This document shows, in pieces, positions 1 to 11,708 of a stretch of 64,000 nt of DNA (position 1 is the first letter of the stretch; each line of letters starts with the position of its first letter). The notes under the pieces were generated by a model. That model had not been told where the DNA came from, made no database searches, and saw only the letters and a program-made list of their open reading frames with translations. Where the stretch lies: the IMG/VR virus record IMGVR_UViG_2786546475_000015, positions 32,001 to 96,000 of that record, one strand, 5' to 3'. The translations under genes and the position numbers were made by a program. Origin of the DNA: a virus. Its lineage: Duplodnaviria > Caudoviricetes.

Positions 1-351
1 TGTATTGCGTTTAACAACATGGATTTTCAAATGTGTTTTGATTTAGCTAAACATAATCCAGAATATGATAGGCGTAAAATAGTATTTTATTGTGATAGCC
101 CCTATGTTCCGCTAACAAGCGATTTCAATTATAGCGCGGAAGGGTTTACTATTGATGACCAAAAACGTTTAGCTCGATTAGCGGAAGAATGCGATCATAC
201 TGTTATCATTAGTAATCACGATACGCCTGTAACACGTGAGTTGTACAAAAATGCGACTAAAATTATATCGTTCCCTGTACAACGTACGATTAGTAGTAAA
301 GGCGGTAAACGTGAAAAGGTAAAAGAATTGTTGGCTTTTTATGAACGATGA
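1..351 (+). CDS. dam: DNA adenine methyltransferase, C-terminal part (truncated by window start)
   Basis: Frame is open from position 1. Motif IV-like VFYCDSPYVP (DPPY variant), then Y..EGF..DDQ.RLA, ISNHDT..TRELY, V.RTIS.KG..R.KVKELL, typical of the Dam C-terminus. Confidence 0.88.
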   Translation, partial: CIAFNNMDFQMCFDLAKHNPEYDRRKIVFYCDSPYVPLTSDFNYSAEGFTIDDQKRLARLAEECDHTVIISNHDTPVTRELYKNATKIISFPVQRTISSKGGKREKVKELLAFYER

Positions 352-1154
352 ATTTATTGGTAAAGTGAACGAAGAATTTGTAGAACCACTATCTGGTGAA
401 ACTATAACCATCGATGGTGTTGAAATGCAATATATAGATGAACACGATATCCACGATTCAGAAATAACAGCGTTTTTATATGGTAGAGACTTTACATTAC
501 GGCGCGAAGGAATCAAGGTCTATTCTTATGATTCGTGGGTAGAAACGTATTGGCATGATGATTGGTGTTTGTATGAGTAGAAATAAAATGAATGATGTGT
601 TAGGTGATTTTACCGTATTCACAGAAATCGGTAGAAACTTCCTATACCACAAAGACAACCAAATCGCCGAATGCGTTAACGGCGATTATAAAGAGCGTTA
701 TGGATCGATTGAGGGTTGGATTAAGAGTATCGAAAAACGTGAAACCAAACGTATCGATAAAATTGAAGAACAGATTACCAATCTGAACGACGAAATGCGA
801 GAACGTACTAAAATATTAGTTTCTTGTGAAAGTGTTTTAGAATCGTAATAATGTGTTATAGTGTAACAAAAGAGAGGTATTTATGAGAATATGTGGATTA
901 GAATTTCTTTTGTTAGCATTACTAGCATTATTTAAAAAGAAACAGGATGGGTTATGAGTAAAAAAGATTTAGATCGAATCGAAAACATGTTGGTTGAGAT
1001 CGCAAGTCATTGTACGGCGTGTGTTAAAAACGAAATCGAAGTATCACCCGAAGATATGGATTTTGGTTGTCATGTAGATGACGCGTATATGATAGGCGTT
1101 AATAATGGCAACGCACAATTAGCTAAACGAATATTAAAATATATTGGTGTATAA
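341..1154 (+). other. Three small hypothetical ORFs (341-580 acidic, 555-848, 954-1154)
   Basis: Tightly packed co-directional ORFs with no recognisable motif. Confidence 0.6.
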
Positions 1155-1320
1155 TGGCTTATCCAAGTTTTTTCGATTTATTTAAAGGTAAAGCGGTCAT
1201 GAACAAAGCTACAAAAATGTTTGGACATGTAGTAAAGTTTGGCTACTACAATAAACATACTGTATTTGTTAAATGGGCTGATGAAGATGAACCAATTGAA
1301 CACGAAGTTAAGGATATATC

Positions 1321-1992
1321 ATGGTAGAAAATGATATCATTATTGATTACGAAAGTTTAGGTATGCAACCTGACGGAATGGTTGTAGATTTAGCCGCTGT
1401 CGTATTTAAAGATAATGAAGAAGTACCCGACTTTAAAGAGTTAAAGAAAAACGCTTTTCATGTTAAATTTAAGATCAAAGATCAAAAAGGAAAACGAGTT
1501 TCAGATCAGAGCGTTAAAGAGTTTTGGAAAAAACAACCAAAAGAAGCACAAAAGATTTTATATCCAAGTGACGTAGACGTTACCGTAGAAGAAGGTACGA
1601 AAATGTTTCTTGATTGGTGTAAGCGTGTTAAAGTAAACTTTTGGAAATCGCATATCTATTCACGCGGTAATGAGTTTGATTTAGGATTTCTTACTAATAT
1701 TTTACGTGAGACATTCAATACACGTGATACGTTTAAATTATTCCCTGTTGCATTTTGGAATGCACGTGATGTACGCACCGCTATTGAGAATAGATTATTG
1801 ACTAGGGATATGGTTCATGCCCCACTAAAAAAAGGCGTTCTCGATGGTTTTGTGAAGCATAGTAGCGTAGATGATTGCGCTTGTGCTGTCATGGAATTAA
1901 TTTATGCGCGTAGGTATGCGTTAGGTTTAGATGAACCACCAAGTGAAGATGAAGTAGACGAAAATACAGTAAACAGAAGGGTAAAACATTGA
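1321..1992 (+). CDS. dexA: Exonuclease A (DEDDh 3'-5' exonuclease)
   Basis: IIDYESLG, SRGNEFDL, FWNARDVRT.IE, LDGFVKH..VDDCA, RYALGLDEPPSE match T4 DexA along its length. Confidence 0.93.
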   Translation: MVENDIIIDYESLGMQPDGMVVDLAAVVFKDNEEVPDFKELKKNAFHVKFKIKDQKGKRVSDQSVKEFWKKQPKEAQKILYPSDVDVTVEEGTKMFLDWCKRVKVNFWKSHIYSRGNEFDLGFLTNILRETFNTRDTFKLFPVAFWNARDVRTAIENRLLTRDMVHAPLKKGVLDGFVKHSSVDDCACAVMELIYARRYALGLDEPPSEDEVDENTVNRRVKH

Positions 1993-2357
1993 AACAAGTA
2001 GAAAGTAAACATGCCGATATGGTAAATGAATTAGTTTGGTTGTGTCATAGTCGAGCTAAAGATATGGGTTGGCATGATAAACCGCGTGAGATTGGTACTG
2101 ATTTGGCATTAATCCATAGTGAAGTATCAGAAGCTTTGGAAGGTTTTCGTAAAAACTTAATGGATGACCATTTAAAACAGTACCCGATGCCGTTGGTCGA
2201 ATTAGCAGATACCGTTATTCGTTGTTTTGATACAGTCGGTAAAGTCTATGGTTATAACGCGTTGGGTAAAGCGTTTACAGATAAATTGATTTATAATGCC
2301 GAACGCCCCGATCATAAGAAAGAAAATCGTGAATCTGAAAAAGGTAAAAAGTTTTGA
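1989..2357 (+). CDS. MazG-like NTP pyrophosphohydrolase
   Basis: LALIHSEVSEALEG...VELADTVIRCFD...K..YN..R.DH, the all-alpha NTP-PPase pattern. Confidence 0.85.
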   Translation: MKQVESKHADMVNELVWLCHSRAKDMGWHDKPREIGTDLALIHSEVSEALEGFRKNLMDDHLKQYPMPLVELADTVIRCFDTVGKVYGYNALGKAFTDKLIYNAERPDHKKENRESEKGKKF

Positions 2358-3019
2358 GTGATAGTAATGTAGAAATTTTTGATGGATTAGAACTAGTTAG
2401 TAGCACTGAATTGAGAAATTCTATATTAGTGGCTAATTATAAACTAACGCGTGATATGCCTATTGGTGATTATTACCAAATGTTAGAACGTTTACGAGAA
2501 CATTGGATGAAATCTGGTTATATTACGGTTCATATCAATGTGAATCGTAAATCACAATCATGTAAGACTTTGAGTGAACAACATTCTATCGGTTACGGTG
2601 TTAACCGTAGAGTGTTTTATATAGATGTAGGTGATAATAATGAATATTAAACACGGCACACATGTAGCAGAAGTAGAAGTTCCGAGTGAGGACTATAAAG
2701 CAAAGGTAGCTGTAAGTTTTTCTAACGATTGGACATTGGATTATTTGTCGAATCATGATATTGACAAAGAGCAAATTTTCTTGGTTCAATTTGATACGTC
2801 TAAAGAATTGGATGATGTTGATAATTATAATGAAGTTTTGGATTCATTAGAAGTATATCCAGACCACTTATTATCACAAGCCGCTTGGATCGGTAATTTT
2901 AGCGAAGAATCAATTCCAGAAGTTATTTCGCATAAAATTAGACAATTGTTCACAAGTCCTATGGGTAGTCAATTTAATGTGGAAATTGTTGACACAGAAA
3001 AACCAGAATTGGTGAAGTT

Positions 3020-3367
3020 ATGAATATTAAACAAATCGCACAAATCGCACATGAAGCAAACCGCGCTTATTGTCTTACTATCGGTGATGAATCTCAATTA
3101 CCTTGGGAAGATTCACCAGATTGGCAAAAACAAAGCGCGATGAATGGTGTAGGATTTGTTCTATCAAATCCAGATAGTACACCAGAAGATAGTCATAATA
3201 GTTGGCTGAAAGAAAAACGTGAAAATGGTTGGACGTATGGCGAGATAAAAGATCCAGAAGCTAAAACACATCCATGCTTTGTTGAATACGATCAATTACC
3301 ACCAGAACAACGAGCAAAAGATTATTTGTTCCGTAATGTGGTATTAAGTTTTAAAGATTTTATTTGA
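3020..3367 (+). CDS. RyR-domain protein
   Basis: SHNSWLKEKRENGWTYGEIKDPEAKTHPCFVEYDQLPPEQRAKD is the RyR repeat signature (H..W..K..GW.YG..D..K.HP...Y..L). Confidence 0.85.
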   Translation: MNIKQIAQIAHEANRAYCLTIGDESQLPWEDSPDWQKQSAMNGVGFVLSNPDSTPEDSHNSWLKEKRENGWTYGEIKDPEAKTHPCFVEYDQLPPEQRAKDYLFRNVVLSFKDFI

Positions 3368-3392
3368 CATATAAAAACTAGTATGAAAGAAT

Positions 3393-3421
3393 AAGCCGTA
3401 ACATTGAGTTACGGCTTTTTT
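3393..3421 (+). terminator. Intrinsic terminator; a possible promoter TTGACA at 3364 lies just upstream
   Basis: Perfect 10-bp stem aagccgtaac/gttacggctt followed by a T-run, right after the RyR gene. Confidence 0.75.
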
Positions 3422-4191
3422 ATTGGGAGATTTATGATTTATATTAGTCTTTTACTCGAAAAACGCGACATGACTATTGCTCTATTGACAGTATTATTAT
3501 TTTCGGCTTTAGCTACAACGGTATTTACGTTTTTCTTACCCAACCGATGGCTGTTAACATTAGGTCTATGGATAGCATGTTTGGGTTTATTTTTGACACT
3601 TATTCCAACGATTAATGATATCAAACGCGAAATAAATGAAGTACAACTAATAATTGATAGTATCAAATCGGGTCTTAGTATTGTAACCGATAAAGAAATT
3701 CATTGGACGGAAAAACACAGAGTTTATAATCGGAAAGTGATTAAAGGTGAATATAATATTGAGGTAGAAGATTTTGATTATTGGGGGTGTGTTAACAAAT
3801 GCGCCGATGATGTGAATGGTTATATGGGGTTAACCAAAAGTATGATTCTATATAATTTTATATTTAAATGCGATTAAGAAAGTTGAATCCGTTGACCATT
3901 AACTTTACCAATGTCAGAGTATAAGAAAATGATACTGATGGTGTCGTCTATAACAATTAAGGGTATTACGATGAAATTAAAAGAAATGATGGGTGTAGAA
4001 ACACTAGGTGCTTGTGACAATCTATCGGATGGTAGTTATTTAATTTCTTATAAAACTATTCATCTTAATGGAAATTTAAGCCATAAGCGTATTGATGTTC
4101 TAAGTATGACGAATGGTATTGGTGTACTAGGTGGTGTATTCCTTTTCGACCGCGATGCGAAATCACCAGTAGAAGAAATTTACAAAATCAT

Positions 4192-4219
4192 TTGACATGG
4201 TGTTCAGAACGTGTATACT
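4192..4219 (+). promoter_or_regulatory. Sigma70-type early promoter (class II, 16-bp spacer)
   Basis: TTGACA-N16-TATACT, followed by AAGGA and ATG at 4255. Confidence 0.75.
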
Positions 4220-4254
4220 TATAGATGTTGATTAAAACGAACTAAGGAAAAGTT

Positions 4255-4434
4255 ATGAATTGCTCAAAACTTTACGTAGTACAAATTGTTGAAGATTCTA
4301 CTGGCGAAGTCGTTAAAGATTTCGAACCGCAACCTTATAACAAAGCGTGTAAGATTGAATCTGGTGTGTCTATTAACATGGATCACGAACGTTTTTCTAC
4401 TTACATCGAAGTATATAACAAAGAACAGGAGTAA
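4255..4434 (+). CDS. Small early hypothetical protein (59 aa, not in ORF track)
   Basis: RBS aagga, ATG 4255, TAA 4432-4434; first gene after the promoter. Confidence 0.7.
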   Translation: MNCSKLYVVQIVEDSTGEVVKDFEPQPYNKACKIESGVSINMDHERFSTYIEVYNKEQE

Positions 4435-4436
4435 TT

Positions 4437-6146
4437 ATGAATAACCGAGAAATTGATATTTTAGTTGCTGAAAAGCGTTACGACCACGTTAATACCGAAG
4501 CACCAGACGCGGTATGGGTTGGTAACAAACAGGAAGGTACTAACGTTATTAGTGTGTTGGGTGTTTATAACCCAACACGTAATATGATCCAAGCTTTAAA
4601 GTTAGTGATTGACGCTGAAATCAGTATTGATTGGGATAATAAAATGGTATTTAAGGGTGATAAGTCTGAAAAATTCTCGGACAAAAGCGATTTACCGTAT
4701 GCTATTTGTTCAGTTTATTTACAGGTGAAATAATGTTTTATAAATCCGATTTTGAAAATATGTTGGAATATTCCGAAGAACCATTGTATTTAGACGAAAT
4801 TACTTTTGTTGAGCGTTTCCGAGAACCTTTAAAAATGGGTGACGTATATGGCGCTGTAATCGATTCTAACGGTGATATTTATTACCTAACCCGTTATGCT
4901 ATGCATGGTGTTGTAGTCGCTATGTTGGACAAAGAAACCGCAGATATGATTGGTGTACCACAACCAACGGGTAGTGTTGAAGAATTACCTACTATGGCGT
5001 ATCAATGGTATTATTTGAACATGAATAAATTTACCGATTTAATTACGATTTCGGCTACCGATAATCATGTTGGTGTTCGTTGGGGTATTGAGGAAGGTAA
5101 GCGTCCTAACGAAAAACAATTAGAATCTTTGGGTAAATTCTTGACAAAGAATTACAAATATGCGAGTATTCATGGTGAATGTGGTTCTGGTTATAATTCT
5201 GTTAAAGAATTTATGAAAGATATGCATAGTGGTGTTTGGATCGATATGGTTGATATCAAACAAGAATACGAAGATTCGAACGAAGATTTGAATGAAGAAG
5301 GATTTTCGTTTCGATTTGGGGAATAACATAAGGTTTTAATATGAAAGTTGATTTTAAAAAAGACAAAACATTACGCGAATACGGTATTAGTGTCGGTGAT
5401 GTATTAATTCATAATAACAATTCGTATTTAGTAAAGATTGAGGATCTTGATAGAACGATAACACATCTTGAAAATTTCGAGATATCGGTTTATCGTAAAT
5501 TTAAAAATAGCCACGATTTAAAATTTGTTGCTTTAATTAAACGGAATAGATTCGATGAAATCGTAAAAACATTACATCGCCAAAGGAAGTTGACTAAAGA
5601 AGAATTGACATGCTTTGTTAAAAACATCGACAAATTCTTTGAACCCAATATAAAAAATATTGTTTATTGTTATAAAAAAGGTAAGAGCTACAAAATTAAT
5701 CGTATTTCTTTATCCCAATTAAAGATTAATTTTGATAATATCGTTAATAGTACGGAACGTAATTTTTATTGGTTCGAAGCTCCCGCTATTGAATACACAA
5801 AACAAGCATGGTATTATATGTCTAAGCGTCAGAAGCGCGATTTTGAAGATTTCTTACTTGAGGTAGAATAATGAATAGATGGAATGTTACAACTAAAGGT
5901 GTTAATGCTATCCAAAACATGCGCGAACGGAGAGATTTTAAAAAATTACGAGAAGCATTAAACGCAAAGATTAATATTGCGTCTAAATCGGGTTTTGGTA
6001 GTGTTACATTCAAATATGATAATCCTAAGTTTCCGTATGATTCTATGGATTTGATGAAGCATGATTACCATAATGAAGATATCATTTTTCAATATGGCGT
6101 TAAGATTGGTGTAGGTTATCTAATTAAACTAACTTGGTTGAAATGA
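4437..6146 (+). other. Hypothetical ORFs 4437-4733, ~4733-5326, 5341-5871, 5871-6146
   Basis: Stop/start-overlapping operon, no recognised motifs. Confidence 0.6.
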
Positions 6147-6153
6147 GGTATAC

Positions 6154-6627
6154 ATGAACATGTTTAAAGCGTTGGGTATGGATATGTGTTTGGAATTACC
6201 ATCACAAAAATTCTTTGAACCCAATGAAAAATTCTTTGAATGTATGAAACGGTTCGATAAAACTATTGTTGATGTAGGCGCTGGTATGGGTCAAGTCACT
6301 AAGGGTTTATGCGAACGCGGTCATTTATGCGTTGGTATCGATAATAACTATCGTGAAGGTCAATACGGATATATCTTAACTATGGATGCTTTTGATTATC
6401 CGTATAAAAAGGATACAATTATTTTAGTGTGTCGTCCTAATCATAGTGGTTGGGTAGAAGATTTATTCGAAGAAACAAATCAAACATTTATTTATGTCGG
6501 ACTAGAACATAATTTAGATATCGATTTGAGTTCGGATATTCGTTCTGATATGAAATTATTAGCGTCTAACGTTGGTGATGACGGAGAAAATATGTATTTA
6601 TTACGAGGTTGTTATGAAAAACATTGA
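6154..6627 (+). CDS. Class I SAM-dependent methyltransferase-like protein
   Basis: Motif I IVDVGAGMGQV followed by CVGID. Confidence 0.75.
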   Translation: MNMFKALGMDMCLELPSQKFFEPNEKFFECMKRFDKTIVDVGAGMGQVTKGLCERGHLCVGIDNNYREGQYGYILTMDAFDYPYKKDTIILVCRPNHSGWVEDLFEETNQTFIYVGLEHNLDIDLSSDIRSDMKLLASNVGDDGENMYLLRGCYEKH

Positions 6628-6957
6628 AATTAAAACTTCTTTCGATCCTAATATGATTAGACAGACTATTGACGTAAATCATGGGATGTATAAAAACAGC
6701 CAAGAACAGATTATCAATTTATCCGAAGATGGTGTTAAACAAGCTTTAAGTAAGTTAGGATATTTGAATAAAGAACAAGCTTTACACTTAACGAATACGG
6801 TAGAACAACTACAAAAAGATAAAGATATTTTGTTGGGTGAAAAAATAAATTATTAGGTGAAAATAAAGATTTGATGCAATCTAAAGATTTGTTGAAACAG
6901 ACTATTAGACAGTTGTGTAAATTTATTGGAGAAAATAATAATGAAAACATTTCATGA
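6614..6957 (+). pseudogene. Hypothetical ORF apparently frameshifted in an A6 run at 6840-6845
   Basis: Frame 0 stops at 6856. The -1 frame continues NKLLGENKDLMQ...ENIS* to 6957 and fills the gap to the next gene. Confidence 0.5.
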
Positions 6958-7354
6958 ACTAGAAATTTTACCAAGCCTTGGTGATACCGTAAAATTCGTA
7001 CCACATAGTGAAGCGATTTATGAGCATTATCGCGGATTAGAAGGTAAAATAATTACCAACGAACCAAAACAAACGTATACAGTAGTTGATATCAGTGGTA
7101 ATATCATTAAAGCCAATGGTAATATCAGCGGTCATACGTACTGGTTTAATGATGCTCATTGGCGACCAGTACGCGATACAACACCTATTGATTGGCGTAC
7201 GCGTAAAGATGCATATAGAGATTATAAAAAATATAAAAATGTAAGTGCGATCGGGCGTAAATATGATATTAGTCGGCGTTCGGTAGGTCGTATTGTCGCA
7301 GAAATTGAAGATATGTCATGGTTTCGTCGGACTTTGATTAAATTAGGGTTTTAA
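6941..7354 (+). CDS. Hypothetical protein with C-terminal helix-turn-helix
   Basis: NVSAIGRKYDISRRSVGRIV resembles the N-terminal HTH of RIIB in this window. Confidence 0.6.
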   Translation: MKTFHELEILPSLGDTVKFVPHSEAIYEHYRGLEGKIITNEPKQTYTVVDISGNIIKANGNISGHTYWFNDAHWRPVRDTTPIDWRTRKDAYRDYKKYKNVSAIGRKYDISRRSVGRIVAEIEDMSWFRRTLIKLGF

Positions 7355-7966
7355 TGAGTAAATTGGCTAATTTACGCGTATGTGCGTCATGTGAATGGAT
7401 TTTTCGTTTAGATCAACATAGTGTTGAATGTCCTAAGTGTCAATTTGGTTCATATGGCGCTCGGCGCGTATATGGTGATAAGTGCTATCGGTTTGAGAAA
7501 ACACAACAACCGTGGTACGATAAGATTATGACACACTATTCAATTAAATTGAGGATGGAAATAGATGATTTTCAAAGCAGGAACAGAATTGGAAAATGTA
7601 ACCTTTTTAGATGAATATGTATTAGAATCAAAGGATACAGATTTTGGTATTTTCGTGACTATGGTTAACGGTCAAATGGCAGAAGTACCTTGGGCTACGT
7701 ATAGCGTAAATGGTAATAAACATGTTGTTAATTTGGCTAATGTTCAAGTGGTTACAGTAAAATGATTAAATTAATTAATAGGTTTTTACGATGGCGAAGT
7801 TATCGCAAGAACTTAGCAGTTCGCTATAAAATGGCTACTGGTAAATCATTACCTTGGGCTTTTGGTATGAGTTCGAAAACCGCTGAATTAATCATTGAAG
7901 AATATTATTTATTTGGTGGTCGAATGGAAAATGAACGCGAACCAGACGAATGGGATGATATAATGG

Positions 7967-8353
7967 ATGATATCAATGACTGATTATCAAAAATTAAGAG
8001 AATTAGGTTTCCAATACCTAGATTCACCTTATTTTTGTGAAAAGGATAGACTCAAGTTCAATATCAAGCGTGAGGAACACGTAAACCTTGTGTACGCCAT
8101 TTTAATTGACCAGAAGTTGAAGTATATTGGTAGAACAAAAGATTTCAATGTACGCGTACACACGTACAGGAACGCCAAATACTGGTGTAATGCGTTTACA
8201 TCAAATAAGGTTAAAACGGACAGACTAGAAAATGCGGTTCGTCGTGGTCGTCAAGTAGAATTCTATTGCATTTATAGTGATAACTATGATACTCTAGAAG
8301 AAGAATTAATAAGTCGGTTCAATCCGACTTGGAACAAATACTTATGTTGTTGA
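7967..8353 (+). CDS. denA: GIY-YIG endonuclease II (host DNA degradation)
   Basis: LVYAILIDQKLKYIGRTKDFNVRVHTYRNA...VEFY...LEEELISRFNPTWN aligns with T4 EndoII. Confidence 0.85.
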   Translation: MISMTDYQKLRELGFQYLDSPYFCEKDRLKFNIKREEHVNLVYAILIDQKLKYIGRTKDFNVRVHTYRNAKYWCNAFTSNKVKTDRLENAVRRGRQVEFYCIYSDNYDTLEEELISRFNPTWNKYLCC

Positions 8354-8360
8354 GGTTGAT

Positions 8361-9738
8361 ATGGACAGATATAGCGCTGATGAAATTAGTAGTACTATCG
8401 TTGATGTAAACGAAATGATTGAACGTTTTGGTCGTGGATTCTTATTCGCTAGTGATACTGGTTATCTATTTTATTGCTTTAATGGTGATAAAGACTATTA
8501 TCGTTTTAAAGAAAATGATATTCACGAATCCGACGATGGTGTGAAATGGAGTGATATCATTAAATCCGATATGGATGGTAGAGGTGATTTAGAATTCCTA
8601 AATTTACCAAAATTCTTTTTTATCGATAAAGACGGTAATAAAACCAAAGAGCCTGTATATTATGAGTAAAGAGTTTGATTATATCGACGTTAAATCTATG
8701 TGGGATGAAGCTGGTTATATATGCGAAAATAAATTTGTAGCCGATTCCGAAATAGAACGCGTTGTTAACATTTTAGTTGATGAAATTAATAGATTACGTG
8801 TACGAGTCAGTGAATTGGAGTCGAAATGAAAGGTTATTTAGGAACAGAAGTAGTCAGCCACGAAGAAGCTGGTTTTAAAGATTATACACCCTTCGATTGG
8901 GTTATGTATTTTATTGAATGTTACGGACAATTTGACGGTTCGCATCACAAAGATTGGGTAATGGATCAAGTCGCACGTATTTACAATGGTACACCAATTA
9001 TCGTTGAAAAGGCGAGTTGGGATAATGGTCATTACGAATATCGAGTACATCTAGACAAACCCACAGAAAAATACCATAAATGGGTTCGTGATATGAAAGA
9101 CGGTGAAGATGGTGCGAATACTTATAGTTATGACGAAGGTATTGCGCCATGACCGATCTAGAAAAAGAAATTCTGGACATGGTTCATAAAGGTTTACTGT
9201 TTAACGACTATCTAGGTGATGGTGAATGGATAGAAGTATGTCCTTTATGCAACGCGGCGGTGTGTTTTGGTAAACAACATACTAACGATTGTCCGACGAC
9301 ATTATTAAGGAAAGAACGTGATGGATAATAGAGATTATGCAGTTTTCTACGACGACGAAGATGAAATTGAAAAGTTATCTATTTGGTGTAGTAAAGAAGA
9401 AGCTTTAAAAATACACAAAAATATTGATTTCCAGACAGTAATACTTAAAAGAGTAAACTTAGATGACTGAAAAAGATAAAGAAGCAATTGAACGTATGGT
9501 AGAACGTCATGGTGTTGATAGGATCATGATTATTTTACCTAAACGTTTAGACAAATCTAAACTTGACGATATTAATTGCTATGGTGTATATTGTAGTGAA
9601 TTCGTACCAGATAATGAAATTTGGCTTCAAGTAAAATATGACGAAACTTTAAATTACAAATATTATACAGATACCAACAAAACGAGTCGGAAGCTAATGT
9701 CTAATATAAAATCTCGAAAACGGAAATTTTATGAATAA
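8361..9738 (+). other. Hypothetical ORFs including 8361-8669, 8826-9152 and 9463-9738
   Basis: Packed co-directional ORFs. Confidence 0.55.
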
Positions 9739-9783
9739 ATTTATTTTTGTGAAAGAAAGTTATAACAACAAAGTGGAGTTCGA

Positions 9784-10074
9784 ATGATGAAAGAAGGCAA
9801 ACAAGAATTATGGAATTGGTTTGGATTGTCATATGCTAGTTTTCTGACTATCCCGCGTGTATTAATGCATCAAATGTCAGATGAATGGCAAAGTGAAATG
9901 TGTAGACTTTTACAGGAATACGACGAAACTTTTCCTAACGTGTATAAACAAGATATTGGTATTACAGTATAGTTTAAAAAAGATGGTAAATTCATTAAAC
10001 CACCGAAATGGGCTATCGATTATCGTCATCCAGATTTTGAAATGATTAAAGAGTTAAAAGGTGAAAATGGATAA
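9784..10074 (+). pseudogene. Hypothetical gene interrupted by an in-frame amber codon (9970-9972)
   Basis: The frame stays open past the TAG (FKKDGKFIKPPKWAIDYRHPD...) to TAA at 10072-10074, overlapping the next ATG at 10067. Confidence 0.6.
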
Positions 10075-11278
10075 GCTAATTAACAAATTAAAATCGATAG
10101 CGAAAGATACCGCCAAATACGGTTTTGAAGAAGAAACTATTTGTGGTCGAGCCGCCGAAGCGATTGAACAACTTCAAAAACGTGTGGCAGAACTTGAGGA
10201 TTCAGTTACTATATACAAAGGTACTGTCGAAGATTTAGTCGAATATCGTGATAAAGTAAAGAAAGAAAATCAAGCACTGGTGGCGTATATTGAACGTGTT
10301 AAGAAAGTGGTAATCGACGGTGTTGAACTAGCAGAACAACCATGTCTAGACGATCTTGAAATAGGTGGTTACTACCAACAAATGGCTTTAAAACTTGAGC
10401 CTATTTTGCTATATGAAGCACCACAAACTAGCTTAACCGAATTTAGAAAAGAACAAGCGGTAAAAAGCTTTATCGAAGGTTGTCAAGCGGTCGCAGAAGA
10501 ACAAAATTGTCCTATGCCTTTCAATGTACAACATAGGGCTGAACAACACGCAGAAATGGTGTAATTATGTTAAATGATTCAATACATGTTCATTGGACAG
10601 GTCGTTGGAAAATGGACGACGAACCCGATCCAGATGATCCTATGAATACCTATTTTCATAGTCGGGAAATAATGTTTCCGTATAAACCAAAGCTTAGAAT
10701 TCCGCAAGTAGAGATTGAAATTAAGTATCTGGATCACTACAATGAAATTGTAACAGCATGGGTACGACTAGATGGTAATGAAGAACTACGTGGTATTGTA
10801 CCTGACGAATTTATCGATACAGGAAAAATTATTATTTATGGATAAGTACGAGTTAAGACTATACAGACCAGACAATAGCTACGAAAAGATCGAAATAGGT
10901 TCTGTAATAGCTGATAATCTTATCAAAGGTCGTTATAAACAGAGAAGTAGTAACCCATTTGATTGTTATGAAATTTATCTGAACGGTGAATATTATCGGT
11001 CTGGTATTTTAAAATGGTATGGTGATATTGGTAGTCGAGCGTTAGATAACATCATACCTAATGTATATTTGTGGGTAGAGGAAATCGACGGTGATTATAA
11101 AGTGTTTTGTAGTCAACATAGAGTGCATTCGCCGATAAATTTTGAATGGAGAAGTACGTTCAAAGAATATCCCACCGCTGATATTTTATACGAAATCAAA
11201 GAAAACGCTCAAGCCTATATCAAAGCCCGTAGAGATTTGATTTTAGACCACTTTAAAAGAAAATTGAGTAAATGATAG

Positions 11279-11347
11279 AAAGCCCTTGCATCGTCGAGGG
11301 CTTTTTGCTATCATGGGTTTGTTGGTTGATGACTAGGAGATTTTATG
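11279..11347 (+). promoter_or_regulatory. Fused terminator-promoter-RBS cassette, copy A
   Basis: Hairpin aaagcccttg/cgagggcttt plus T-run; -35 TTGCAT 11286, 17 bp, TGc-TATCAT 11309; AGGAGA; ATG 11345. Confidence 0.85.
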
Positions 11348-11569
11348 AATAAATTCGCTAATATCGTTTGTAACGCTCATGCTTATGTCAATGAGTTCGA
11401 CAAAGAACTTGATAAAATGGAAGAAGCGCATTTTGGCGACGAATTCAGTGAAGCGTTGACAGCGGATATGCACTTTGCTACTATTAAAGCTGATTACGAT
11501 TTTCTTTCTGAACGATTCAGTGATGAAGAAATCGCAGAAATGCAAGAGTTTGTAATGGATAACCTTTAA
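11345..11569 (+). CDS. Small, highly acidic early protein (DNA-mimic candidate)
   Basis: 74 aa with about 19 D/E against about 5 K/R; first gene of cassette A. Confidence 0.7.
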   Translation: MNKFANIVCNAHAYVNEFDKELDKMEEAHFGDEFSEALTADMHFATIKADYDFLSERFSDEEIAEMQEFVMDNL

Positions 11570-11708
11570 GGAGATATCATGATATTAGATAATAAACGAT
11601 ATATCGTCACTTTCGGCGGTGGTAAACGAATTGATATGTTAGGAAAATTTTTAAAAGTCATACTACGTCATGGTAGCGACATTGTTTCATGGGAAATAGG
11701 AGAATAAT

